Assembly (NCBI GenBank): GCA_035331565.1
Contig: DAOLKO010000019.1
Location: forward strand, 67,343 to 131,342
DNA length: 64,000 bases
From: Blastocatellia bacterium
GTDB lineage: Bacteria > Acidobacteriota > Blastocatellia > RBC074
Direction of reading: 5' to 3'
Shown one piece after another: positions 29,985 to 40,100 of the stretch (the first letter of the stretch is position 1; the number at the start of each line of letters is the position of its first letter). The notes under the pieces are model-generated. The model had not been told where the DNA came from, ran no database searches, and saw nothing but the letters and a program-made list of their open reading frames with translations. The position numbers and the translations under genes are program-made.

Positions 29985-30933
29985 AGCGGTGGACGGATTG
30001 CTCTGTCTGCCTTGCGCCGAACGTTATCCCGTCACTGACGGCATTCCGCGCATGTTGCCGACGGCGATGCGGCAGGCGCTGGCCGGCGAAGCACAACGCA
30101 AAGAGAACTTGGGCATAGACGAACAGCGCGTGGCCACGGCCTTGAGCTTCGGTTACGAATGGACGCACTTCCCGGAAATGCGCGCCGAATGGGAGCGGAA
30201 TTTTTGGGACTACTTTGCGCCGCATCGGCCTGAAACCTTTCGCGGCAAGCGTGTGCTGGACGGCGGTTGCGGCACAGGTCGCCACGCTTTTCATGTGGCG
30301 CGCTTTGCCGAAGAAGTCTGGGCGGTGGATTTGGGTGTGGCGGTGGAAGTGGCGCGGCGCAACAACGCCGATCACGCGAATCTGCAAGTTGTGCAAGCCG
30401 ATTTGTACGACCTGCCTTTCGAGCCGGAAAGCTTCGACTTCGTTTATTCCATCGGCGTGCTGCATCACCTGCCCGATCCCGAAGGCGCGTTTCGGAACTT
30501 GCTGCGCTACCTGAAGCCCGGCGGACAGGCGCACATTTATTTGTACTGGAAACCGGAAGGACAACCCGTCAAGCGTGCTTTGCTGGAAGCGGCGGCTGCT
30601 GCGCGACAAGTGACGACGCGCATTCCCCACCGGATGCTGCATTGGCTGTCTTACCCGGCGGCGGCAGCGGCGTTTGCCGGATTCGTTTGGCCTTACCAAT
30701 TGCTCAGCGCGGCTGGCTTGCACGGCATGGCGGAAAAACTGCCGATGAAGCAATACGCGCAATATCCGTTTCGCGTTTGCGTCAACGATCAGTTCGACCG
30801 ATTTTCCGCGCCGATTGAAAACCGCTACACGCGCGAAGAAGTGCGCGGCTGGCTGGAACGTGCGGGACTGGAAGACATCGTTGTTCGACCGAATTTCGGC
30901 TGGTGCGCAACCGGTCGCAAACCGACGGCATGA
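29893..30933 (+). CDS. SAM-dependent methyltransferase with N-terminal Trm112-like zinc ribbon
   Basis: N-terminal CPKCRG...LCLPCAERYPVTDGIPRML (a Trm112/zinc-ribbon CxxC-x17-CxxC), then the Rossmann motif VLDGGCGTGRH. AGGAA RBS. The ORF-track N-extension was rejected. Confidence 0.8.
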   Translation: MTSQKQTNGNWLASLCAALRCPKCRGTLRVEAVDGLLCLPCAERYPVTDGIPRMLPTAMRQALAGEAQRKENLGIDEQRVATALSFGYEWTHFPEMRAEWERNFWDYFAPHRPETFRGKRVLDGGCGTGRHAFHVARFAEEVWAVDLGVAVEVARRNNADHANLQVVQADLYDLPFEPESFDFVYSIGVLHHLPDPEGAFRNLLRYLKPGGQAHIYLYWKPEGQPVKRALLEAAAAARQVTTRIPHRMLHWLSYPAAAAAFAGFVWPYQLLSAAGLHGMAEKLPMKQYAQYPFRVCVNDQFDRFSAPIENRYTREEVRGWLERAGLEDIVVRPNFGWCATGRKPTA

Positions 30934-30993
30934 AATCGTAAAACCTCTGGGAGCGCACGCGGCCTCGCGTGCATTTCCGAAAATGGACTGATT

Positions 30994-32877
30994 ATGTGTG
31001 GAATCGCAGGCATTGTGACGGAAAGAGGCGGCATCAACGAAGCGCGCGTGCAGCCGATGATTGACGCATTGGCGCATCGCGGGCCGGACGCCTGGGGGGC
31101 TTGGTCGGACGGCGTTTGCGCGCTGGGCCACCGTCGTTTGTCCATTATTGATTTGTCCGAAGCCGGGCGGCAGCCGATGACGACCGAAGACGGCGGCATT
31201 CAAATCAGCTTCAACGGCGAAATCTATAACTTCCAAAGTTTGCGCGCGGAGTTGGAAAGTCTGGGCCATCGCTTCCGCACGCGCACGGACACGGAAGTTA
31301 TTCTGCGCGCCTACGAACAATGGGACGTGAACTGTCTGTCCAAACTGCGCGGAATGTTCGCCTTTGGTTTATGGGATCAATGGCGACGGCGACTGTTTCT
31401 GGCGCGCGACCGCGTAGGCAAAAAACCGCTCTTTTACGGAACCTTTGCCGGGCAATTCGTCTTTGCTTCGGAGTTGCAAGGTTTGCTGGCGCACGAAGCC
31501 GTCACACGCGAAGTTTACCCGCCCGCGATTGACGCTTATCTCAGTTATGGTTACGTGCCGCCGCCGCACACGGCTTTTCGCGGCATTTTCAAATTGCCGC
31601 CCGCGCATTACTTGACGCTCGAAGTTAAACCGGAAGAGTGGCGGCAGCGCGTCGAACGGTATTGGTCGCTGGATTACGAACCAAAATTGAAACTCGACGA
31701 GCATGAGGTCGGCGAGGCTTTACGCGAAAAGCTGAGCGAGGCCGTGCGGCTGCGAATGATTGCCGATGTTCCGCTCGGCGCATTTCTGTCAGGCGGAATT
31801 GATTCCAGCATCGTCGTCGGGTTGATGGCGCAACAGTCCACACAGCCGGTCAAGACCTTCTCCATCGGTTTTAAGGAAGCCGAATACAACGAACTCGAAC
31901 ACGCGCGGCGCATTGCAGACAAATGGAACACTGAGCATCACGAATTTGTCGTCGAACCGAACGCGCTGGAAGTCATCCCCAAACTGGTGCGGCATTACGG
32001 CGAGCCATACGCGGATTCATCAGCCATTCCGACGTTTTACGTTTCGCAGTTGACGCGCGAACACGTAACCGTGGCGCTCAACGGCGACGGCGGCGACGAG
32101 AGCTTCGCCGGCTACGAACGTTATTTGGGCAATCGTCTGGCCGAACGTTTCCAGGGAATTCCCGGTACAAAGCTGGCGGCGAAAACTTTGGGGCGATTGC
32201 TGCCGGATTCAGTTGATCCCAAAGACCGCGTGCGCAACGTGCGCCGCTTTCTAAATGTGATGACGCAGCCGATGCCGCAACGTTACGCGCGCTGGCTGAC
32301 GTATTTCACCGCCGATGACAAGGCTTCGCTTTACCGCCCGGAATTTCGCGCGCAACTCAACGGTGCGGCGCGCGCGGACTGGTTGGCCGATTTGGTGGCC
32401 GAACGGCGAGAGCTTGACCCGGTGGACGCGGCGATGTCGGTGGACATTGATTCGTATCTGCCTTTCGATTTGCTGGTCAAAGTGGACATCGCGGCGATGG
32501 CCAACAGTTTGGAAGCGCGTTCGCCGCTGCTCGATCACCACGTGATGGAATTCGCCGCGCAGTTGCCGGCCTCACTCAAATTGCGCGGCAAAAATTTGAA
32601 GCACTTGCTCAAGACGGAGTTCAGCGATTTGTTGCCGCCGGAAAACGTCAACCGGCGCAAGGCAGGGTTTGCCTTGCCCGTCGGCCAATGGTTTCGCGGG
32701 CCGTTGCGCGAACTGTTGTGCGACGCGCTGTTGTCGAATGCGAAATCGCGCCCGTATTTTCAGGCTCCGCAAGTCGCGCGCTTGGTGGACGACCATCTCA
32801 ACAGCCGCGCCGATCACTCCTTTCAGCTTTGGGATTTGATGATGCTGGAGCTTTGGCACAGGGAGTTTGGTTTATGA
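30994..32877 (+). CDS. asnB: asparagine synthase (glutamine-hydrolysing), AsnB-family amidotransferase
   Basis: MCGIAGIV N-terminal nucleophile Cys2, the glutaminase domain, and the PP-loop SGGIDSS in the synthetase domain. Confidence 0.9.
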   Translation: MCGIAGIVTERGGINEARVQPMIDALAHRGPDAWGAWSDGVCALGHRRLSIIDLSEAGRQPMTTEDGGIQISFNGEIYNFQSLRAELESLGHRFRTRTDTEVILRAYEQWDVNCLSKLRGMFAFGLWDQWRRRLFLARDRVGKKPLFYGTFAGQFVFASELQGLLAHEAVTREVYPPAIDAYLSYGYVPPPHTAFRGIFKLPPAHYLTLEVKPEEWRQRVERYWSLDYEPKLKLDEHEVGEALREKLSEAVRLRMIADVPLGAFLSGGIDSSIVVGLMAQQSTQPVKTFSIGFKEAEYNELEHARRIADKWNTEHHEFVVEPNALEVIPKLVRHYGEPYADSSAIPTFYVSQLTREHVTVALNGDGGDESFAGYERYLGNRLAERFQGIPGTKLAAKTLGRLLPDSVDPKDRVRNVRRFLNVMTQPMPQRYARWLTYFTADDKASLYRPEFRAQLNGAARADWLADLVAERRELDPVDAAMSVDIDSYLPFDLLVKVDIAAMANSLEARSPLLDHHVMEFAAQLPASLKLRGKNLKHLLKTEFSDLLPPENVNRRKAGFALPVGQWFRGPLRELLCDALLSNAKSRPYFQAPQVARLVDDHLNSRADHSFQLWDLMMLELWHREFGL

Positions 32878-34160
32878 CGCCACTGGATTTGCGCCTGCGC
32901 GTCGTTCGCATCATTGATCGCCTGAACGTAGGCGGCCCGGCCAAACACGTCACCTGGCTGACCGCCGGGATGAATTCGGAAGAATTCGACACGACGTTGA
33001 TTACCGGAACCATTCCGCCGGGCGAAGGCGACATGAGTTACTTCGCGCGCGAAGCAGGCATCCGTCCGCTCATCCTCAAAGAGATGAGCCGCGAACTGAA
33101 TCCGCGCGACCTGTTCGTCATCTGGAAACTCTGGCGCGAACTGGTGCGCTTGCAACCGCACATCGTTCACACGCACAAAGCCAAAGCCGGCGCGGCGGGG
33201 CGTTTGGCCGCGACGCTTTACAAATGGCTGACGCCCGGCACGCTTTGGCTGCGTCCGCGCCAATGCCGCGTCGTTCACACCTTTCACGGCCACATCTTTC
33301 ACAACTATTACGGCGCGGCGAAAACGGCTGCGTTTGTCGCCATCGAACGCGCGCTGGCGCGCTTCTGCACGGATCGCATCATCACCATCAGCAATCAGCA
33401 GCGCCGGGAAATCAATGAGCAATTCAAAGTCGGACGCGCAGCGCAGTTTGAAGTCATCTCGCTCGGCATTGATTTCGACGAGACCAAATCCCAACGCGGG
33501 CCATTGCGCGCGCAACTAGGCATCGGCGAAGCAACGCCTTTGATCGGTGTGGTCGGGCGTTTGTGCGAAATCAAAAACCACGCCTTGTTGCTGGAAGCCG
33601 TCGCGCGCTTGAAGCAGGAAGGTTTGGATTGGCGATTGGCAGTGGTCGGCGACGGGCATTTGCGCGCGCCGCTCGAAGCTCAAGCTGCGGCGCTGGGCAT
33701 TGCGGATCGCGTGCATTTCACGGGCTTTCGTCAGGACGCCGCCGCGCTTTACGCCGAATTCGACATTGCCGCCCTGACTTCGCTCAATGAAGGCACGCCG
33801 CTGACTTTGATTGAAGCGATGAGTTGCGGCGTCCCGGCGGCATCCACCGAAGTCGGAGGCGTGGTTGATTTGCTGGGCGAACGGCGCGAACAACGCGACG
33901 GATTCACGCTTTGGGATCACGGCGTCACAGCGCCCAGCCGCGATGCGGAAAGTTACGCTCGCGGGCTCAAACTGTTGATTGAACATCCCGATTTGCGAAG
34001 GCGTATGGGCGCGCAAGCTCAAGCCTTCATCCACTCACGATTTTCCAAGCAACGTCTGATTGCCGATATGGAAAGCCTGTATCGCGATCTGACCGCTACC
34101 CGCGTACTGCCCCGGACTCACCAACCATTCCAAGCAAAACTAAAGGAAAGAACAAAATGA
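32874..34160 (+). CDS. glycosyltransferase family 4
   Basis: ATG overlaps the asnB stop (ATGA). GT-B fold with SLNEGTPLTLIEAMSCGVPAASTEVGGVVDLL. The ORF-track N-extension runs inside asnB and was rejected. Confidence 0.8.
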   Translation: MTPLDLRLRVVRIIDRLNVGGPAKHVTWLTAGMNSEEFDTTLITGTIPPGEGDMSYFAREAGIRPLILKEMSRELNPRDLFVIWKLWRELVRLQPHIVHTHKAKAGAAGRLAATLYKWLTPGTLWLRPRQCRVVHTFHGHIFHNYYGAAKTAAFVAIERALARFCTDRIITISNQQRREINEQFKVGRAAQFEVISLGIDFDETKSQRGPLRAQLGIGEATPLIGVVGRLCEIKNHALLLEAVARLKQEGLDWRLAVVGDGHLRAPLEAQAAALGIADRVHFTGFRQDAAALYAEFDIAALTSLNEGTPLTLIEAMSCGVPAASTEVGGVVDLLGERREQRDGFTLWDHGVTAPSRDAESYARGLKLLIEHPDLRRRMGAQAQAFIHSRFSKQRLIADMESLYRDLTATRVLPRTHQPFQAKLKERTK

Positions 34161-35164
34161 AAGTCTTGATTACGGGCGGAGCCGGCTTCATCGGCTCACA
34201 TTTGTCGGAACGTCACCTGCAACGCGGCGACGAGGTTTACATCATTGACGACCTTTCGACCGGTTCCATCGAAAACATCGAACACATCAAAGACCTGCCG
34301 AGTTTTCATTACCACCTGGACACGGTGACGAATCATCGTCTGGTGGCCGAACTGGTGGATTTGTGCGACGTGGTTTATCACCTGGCGGCGGCGGTCGGCG
34401 TCAAGCTGATTGTCGAAAGTCCCGTACGCACCATCGAAACAAACATTCGCGGCACGGAAGTCGTGCTGGAACACGCCGCCAAAAAACGCAAACGCATACT
34501 GATCGCTTCGACCTCCGAAGTGTACGGCAAACGCGAACAAATCCCGTTTCGTGAAAGCGACGATTTGGTGATGGGCGCGACCAACAAAGGCCGTTGGAGT
34601 TACGCCTGCTCCAAAGCGATTGATGAATTTCTGGCCATCGCATACTGGAAAGAAAAGAAAGTGCCGACGGTCATCGCGCGCCTGTTCAACACTGTCGGCC
34701 CGCGCCAAACAGGGCGTTACGGCATGGTCATTCCGAACTTCGTCCGGCAAGCGTTGCGAGGTGAAGAGATCACTGTTTACGGCGACGGTTCGCAAAGCCG
34801 CTGCTTCACGCACGTCAACGACGTGGTCGGCGCGTTGATGAAATTGATCGAACATCCACGAGCCGTCGGCGATGTTTACAACATCGGCAGCGCGCAGGAA
34901 GTCTCCATTCTGCAATTGGCCGAACGCATCAAATACCTGACGGATTCCGATTCGCCCATCACTTTCCTGCCTTATGAAAAAGCCTACGAAGAAGGCTTCG
35001 AAGATATGCTGCGCCGCGTCCCTGACATCACGAAAATCAGCTCTTTGGTAGGGTATCAGCCGACATTTAATTTGGACGAAATCTTGATGAGTGTGGTAGA
35101 TTACGAACGTTCCAAACAATTGAATCGGTATGGTTCTCCCGCCCCAATGGAGTTCCAATCGTAA
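34157..35164 (+). CDS. NAD-dependent epimerase/dehydratase (SDR; UDP-sugar 4-epimerase-like)
   Basis: MKVLITGGAGFIGSHL Rossmann motif and the catalytic YxxxK (YACSKAIDE). Confidence 0.9.
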   Translation: MKVLITGGAGFIGSHLSERHLQRGDEVYIIDDLSTGSIENIEHIKDLPSFHYHLDTVTNHRLVAELVDLCDVVYHLAAAVGVKLIVESPVRTIETNIRGTEVVLEHAAKKRKRILIASTSEVYGKREQIPFRESDDLVMGATNKGRWSYACSKAIDEFLAIAYWKEKKVPTVIARLFNTVGPRQTGRYGMVIPNFVRQALRGEEITVYGDGSQSRCFTHVNDVVGALMKLIEHPRAVGDVYNIGSAQEVSILQLAERIKYLTDSDSPITFLPYEKAYEEGFEDMLRRVPDITKISSLVGYQPTFNLDEILMSVVDYERSKQLNRYGSPAPMEFQS

Positions 35165-35318
35165 CCTTTCACTGGTGCCTCACAGCTTCAACCGGCAGAA
35201 GCTTCATCGAAAAATCAAAACACAAAAATTCCATGCAGCGATGGATGACTGGTTCGTCCATCGCAACTGAATCAACCTGAAGCACGCTCTTTCCGGCCCC
35301 CCCAAAGGAAAGAACTAT

Positions 35319-37070
35319 ATGAAGCCTGCCGCAAGTGTAATCATTACCGCGGTGCTGAGCTTGATCTTTACATTTCTTGTTCGATCCGGCGCGCACCGAT
35401 TAGGAGTAGTCGCTGCTCCACGCAAAGACCGTTGGCATCAGAAGCCGACGGCTTTGATGGGCGGCATAGCGATTTATTTCTCCTTCCTTCTCGGCTCTTT
35501 TCTTTTCGCCCGTTCAATAAGTTGTTTCTACCCCATCCTGATTGCCGGCACGATTCTGTTCATCACCGGCGTGGTGGACGATCTGATTCAATTGAAGCCT
35601 TACATCAAACTGGTCATGCAGATTGTGGCTTCGTCCGTGATCGTCTATTGCGGCTTGTATCTGCATTGGACGGGCATTGAAGCGGCAGATTCCCTCATCA
35701 CAGTGTTCTGGCTTGTCGGCCTGACCAACGCCGTCAATCTGCTGGACAATATGGACGGTCTGGCCGGAGGCATTTCCGTCATCGCCAGTTTCTTTCTGGC
35801 GATCACCTTCTTGCTGAACGGGCAAATGGCCGAAGCCGTTCTGCCGTTGGTGCTGGCGGGCGCAGTGTTGGGTTTTCTGTATTTCAATTTCAATCCGGCT
35901 TCGATCTTTATGGGTGATTGCGGCTCGATGTTGCTGGGTTTGTCGTTGGGCGGAATCGCTTTGCTGAACGACATGGGACGGACGCGCAATCTGGCTGCGG
36001 TTTTTTCGACGCCGGTACTGATTCTGCTGATTCCCATCTTCGACACCTGCGTCGTCACCGTCACGCGCAAACTATCCGGTCGCCCTGTTTCGCAGGGCGG
36101 ACGCGACCACACGTCTCATCGTTTGGTGGCGCTGGGCATGTCCGAACGCCGCGCCGTGCTGACACTCTATTTGCTGGCGGCAGTTTCTGGAACGCTGGCC
36201 TTGCTCGTCCGGCAAATGCACATCGGCGCGAATCTGTTGCTGACTTCAGGCTTCGCGTTGACCATTCTGTTCATCGGTTTGTACCTGGGCAAAGTGCGCG
36301 TTCACGAAGGCGGCAACCCCGAAAGCAATACGCTGGTGAACGTCTTCGCCAGCCTGTCTCCGCGCCGTCGCATTTTTGAAATCCTGCTCGACCTTTGTTT
36401 GATAGTGCTGGCTTATTACGGCGCTTACCTGTTGCGCTTTGAACACGGCCTGCCGGACGAACAGTTGAAGGTTTTCATTCGCACGCTGCCGGTGGTGATT
36501 GCAGTTCAGATTTTATTGTTTCTGTTTGGCGGAGTTTATCGCGGCATCTGGCGATACGCGGGCGTGGATGATCTGGTCGTCATCGCCAAATCAGTGTTCA
36601 TAGGCGCGCTCATCAGCGGCGTAGGCGTGATGGCGCTCCACGGATTTCACGGCCCTTCGCGCGCGGTCTTTATTCTGGACGCCTTGCTGCTCTTGTTGTT
36701 TGTCGGAGCCAGCCGCCTGTCGTTCCGTTTGCTGGGGGCATTGTTCGTCGGCAAGCAAACTGCGCCTCCGAATTCAACGCCCGTCTTGATTTACGGCGCG
36801 GGCGACGGCGGAGAAATTCTGATTCGCGAATTGCTCAACAATCCCGCGCATCGCTATCAACCCGTCGGTTTCATTGACGACGACCGAAACAAAACCGGCC
36901 TGCTCATTCGCGGCTATCGCATCTTCAGCCGCGAAGATCTGCCCGAACTCATCAGCGAACACGGCGTCAGCGAAGTGCTTGTTTCCAGCTTCAAAGTCCC
37001 TGAAAGCAAGATCAACGATTTGCGCGGACTGGGCATCGGCTTCAAACGCCTGCGAATTCAACTTGAATAG
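35319..37070 (+). CDS. polyprenyl-phosphate HexNAc-1-phosphate transferase (WecA/WbpL/MraY-like) fused to a C-terminal CoA-binding-like Rossmann domain
   Basis: N-terminal ~330 aa are 10-11 TM with VNLLDNMDGLAGG and DxxD motifs, as in the MraY/WecA family. The C-terminal ~200 aa (PVLIYGAGDGGEILIRELLNN...YQPVGFIDDD) resemble the N-terminal domain of WbaP/PglF-type enzymes. Confidence 0.8.
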   Translation: MKPAASVIITAVLSLIFTFLVRSGAHRLGVVAAPRKDRWHQKPTALMGGIAIYFSFLLGSFLFARSISCFYPILIAGTILFITGVVDDLIQLKPYIKLVMQIVASSVIVYCGLYLHWTGIEAADSLITVFWLVGLTNAVNLLDNMDGLAGGISVIASFFLAITFLLNGQMAEAVLPLVLAGAVLGFLYFNFNPASIFMGDCGSMLLGLSLGGIALLNDMGRTRNLAAVFSTPVLILLIPIFDTCVVTVTRKLSGRPVSQGGRDHTSHRLVALGMSERRAVLTLYLLAAVSGTLALLVRQMHIGANLLLTSGFALTILFIGLYLGKVRVHEGGNPESNTLVNVFASLSPRRRIFEILLDLCLIVLAYYGAYLLRFEHGLPDEQLKVFIRTLPVVIAVQILLFLFGGVYRGIWRYAGVDDLVVIAKSVFIGALISGVGVMALHGFHGPSRAVFILDALLLLLFVGASRLSFRLLGALFVGKQTAPPNSTPVLIYGAGDGGEILIRELLNNPAHRYQPVGFIDDDRNKTGLLIRGYRIFSREDLPELISEHGVSEVLVSSFKVPESKINDLRGLGIGFKRLRIQLE

Positions 37071-37182
37071 CGAGTTGTTGCCCGGCCCGCCGATTCGCCC
37101 TCAGCCGCGAAACTCTTGCCCAATCAACTTTCCGCATAGAGAATGCGCCCGCTTTTCAATCTTCAACCTGCGGGAGCATCTC

Positions 37183-40100
37183 ATGACATCCACTCTCATT
37201 CGCCGAATCGCGCCGGCGCTAGTCACACTGGCGGCCGTCGTTCTACTTTGCATCCTGGGCGTCAAACGCTGGCGCGCCTATCAAGCCAAACAACCTCGCC
37301 AAACGCTCGCCATCGAAGGCGGCACAATCAGCGTGCCCGCCGGTTTCACCATTCAAAAAGTCGCCGCCGAAGACCTGACGCAATATCCAATGCTGGCTGC
37401 GCTGGATGATCGCGGGCGACTGTTCGTCACCGAATCTTCCGGCAAAAACGTTTCCGGCAAAAAGATGGCCGAAATCCCGGAATGCCGCATCAGCGTGCTG
37501 GAAGACACGGACGGCGACGGGCGTTACGACCGCACAAAAGTTTTTGCCGATAAACTCAGCTTGCCGATGGGCGTGTTGTGGCGCGGGCAGAGTTTGTATG
37601 TCGCTTCGCCGCCGGATTTCGTTCGGCTGGACGATCGCGACAACGACGGCGTTTCGGAACGTCGCGAAGTGATTTTGACCGGATGGAATGTGCTGAACAC
37701 AGCCAGTTTGCACGGCCCGTTTTTCGGCCCCGACGGTTGGATGTACCTGACGCACGGACGGCACGGCTACAAGATTCAAACCAAAGAAGGCGAACTGCTC
37801 GAAGGTTTGGCTTCGCGCATCTGGCGCAGCCGCGCTGACGGCACGGGTTTGGAGCGTGTGGTAGGCGGCGGTTTCGATAACCCGGTCGAACTGATTTTCA
37901 CACCGGCGGGCGAAATGATCGGCACGATGACTTACTTCACTGACCCGCAAGCCGGTCAGCGCGACGCCTTGCTGCATTACGTCGAAGGCGGCGTTTATCC
38001 GAAACCGCATCCCGCCATCGCCGAGTTCAAACGCACAGGCGACCTGATGCCCGTCATGACCAAATTCGCGCGCATAGCGCCGTCAGGCTTGATGCAATAT
38101 CGCGGCAAAGCTTTTGGCGAAGACTTTCAAGGCAATCTTTTCACGGCGCAATTCAATCCGCACCGCGTCCAGCGCCACAAACTCTTTCGCGAAGGCGCAA
38201 CCTTCCGCACTGAAGATTCAGACTTCATCACTTCGACTGACCCCGACTTTCATCCAACAGACATTTTGGAAGACGCCGACGGCAGTTTGATTTTGCTCGA
38301 AACCGGCGGCTGGTACGTGGACGCCTGCCCGCTTTCCAAAATCCACAAAGGCGAAAAGCGCGGCGCGATTTATCGCATTCGCAAAACCGACGCGCCGAAA
38401 ATCGAAGACCCGCGCGGCGACAAATTGAAACTGGAAACGCTGCCGCCTGCCGATCTGGCCAAACTGCTGCCCAAATTGCTGGAAGATGCGCGCCCAGCGG
38501 TTCGCGACCGCAGTTTGGAATTGCTGGTCGCGGGCGGAGAAAAGTCCGTCGCCGCGTTGATTCAAATCCGCGAACAATCGCAACAACCCGAAGTCCGCTG
38601 CGCCGCTGTCTTCGCGCTCGGCAGAATTGCCAATCCTGAAGCAGCCAAAGCCGTCCGCGCCGCGCTCAATGACGCGGACTTCCAAGTCCGCATCGCCGCC
38701 GCACACGTCGCCGGTTTGAACAAAGACGCCGAAGCCGTCGAACGTTTGAGCCGAATGGTCAAAGACGACGAAGCGCCCGCGCGCCGAAACGCCGCCACCG
38801 CGTTAGGTCAAATCGGCGACCGTCGCGCCGTCGCGGCTTTGTTGGCCGCCGCCGCTAATGCCAAAGACCGCTTCATCGAACACGCCGTCATCTATTCGCT
38901 GATTCAATTGAAAGACCAGCAAGCCTTGATCGCCGCCCTGAAAGCGCCCGCCATCGGAACCCGCAAAGCCGCCCTAATTGCGCTGGATCAGTCAAACGAC
39001 AGTCTGATAACGGCAGGAGTGGTTGCGCCGTTTTTGGGGGAAGGGGAGGCGGAGTTGCGCAAGGCTGCGTTGTGGGTGTTTGGGCATCACGCTGAAAAGC
39101 CTGAATGGGCTGCCGCCGTGCATTCGTTTTTGCGCGGCAGATTGCGCGCGGAAAAATTCGACGGCAACGAAGCCGATTCGGTCAAAGACGCTTTGCTGGC
39201 CTTCGTCGCCGACACGCAAGTGCAAGCTTTGATCGCCGAATCGTTGGACAACGAAACCTTCGGCAGCGAGCGGCAACTGTTCCTGCTGGAAGTGATCGAG
39301 CGTTGTTCGTTGAAACAACTGCCGGACGCCTGGCAAACGATCATCGCCCGCCGATTGAAGGCTTCTCAAAATGCCGCCAACAAAAATGCTGATGCCCAGG
39401 TGCGCGCGCGAACCATTGCCGTCATTCGTTCGCGCCGCATTGCCACGCTGGATGACGAACTGCGCCGGATTGCCGCAGACTCCGCCGAAGCCGTTGACCT
39501 GCGTTTGACGGCGCTCAGCGCGTTAATAACTCGCGCGCCGAAACTCGATTCACCGGCCTATCAATTCCTGCTGGAAACGATTGCGCCCGAACGCGACCCG
39601 GCCTTGCGCCTGTCAGCCGCGCAAAGCCTGGGACAATCCGAACTCGACCGCGAACAATTGCTGCAATTGGCCAAAGATCATTTGCCGAAAAGCGATTCGC
39701 TGACGTTGCTGACTTTGCTGGACGCCTTTCGCAACGCCCGCGACGAAGAAACAGGCCGCGCGCTCGTGGCCGCGTTGAGTCAGCCCGAAGTGAATCTGGA
39801 ATCCATCGGCGGCAAACGGCTGGAACAACTTTTTCAAAATTTCCCCGACTCCATCCGCGCTTCGTCAAAATCCCTGCTCAACCGTTTTGCCGAAGAAGAA
39901 GCCGCGCAATTAAAAAAGCTGCGCGAACTGGAACCGCTGTTGACGGCGGGCGGAGACGCGGGCGCTGGGCGGAATGTGTTTTTCGGCAAGCGCGCGGCGT
40001 GTTCCAGTTGCCACACCATAGGCTTGGAAGGCGGGCGCGTCGGCCCCGACCTGACTTCGATCGGCGCGATTCGTTCCGGCCACGACATTCTGGAAGCGAT

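Noticed and set aside
29887-31320. 477-aa minus-strand ORF
   Set aside because: It is antisense to the zinc-ribbon methyltransferase and asnB, and the plus strand carries the unmistakable MCGIAGIV AsnB start.
34196-35158. 320-aa minus-strand ORF
   Set aside because: It is antisense to the SDR epimerase, which has the GGAGFIGS and YxxxK motifs on the plus strand.
36874-37182. 103-aa N-terminal extension of the dehydrogenase/HEAT/cytochrome ORF in the ORF track
   Set aside because: The extension overlaps the upstream priming transferase in another frame, is Ser/Ala/Cys-rich low-complexity, and the internal Met at 37183 begins a proper TM anchor.
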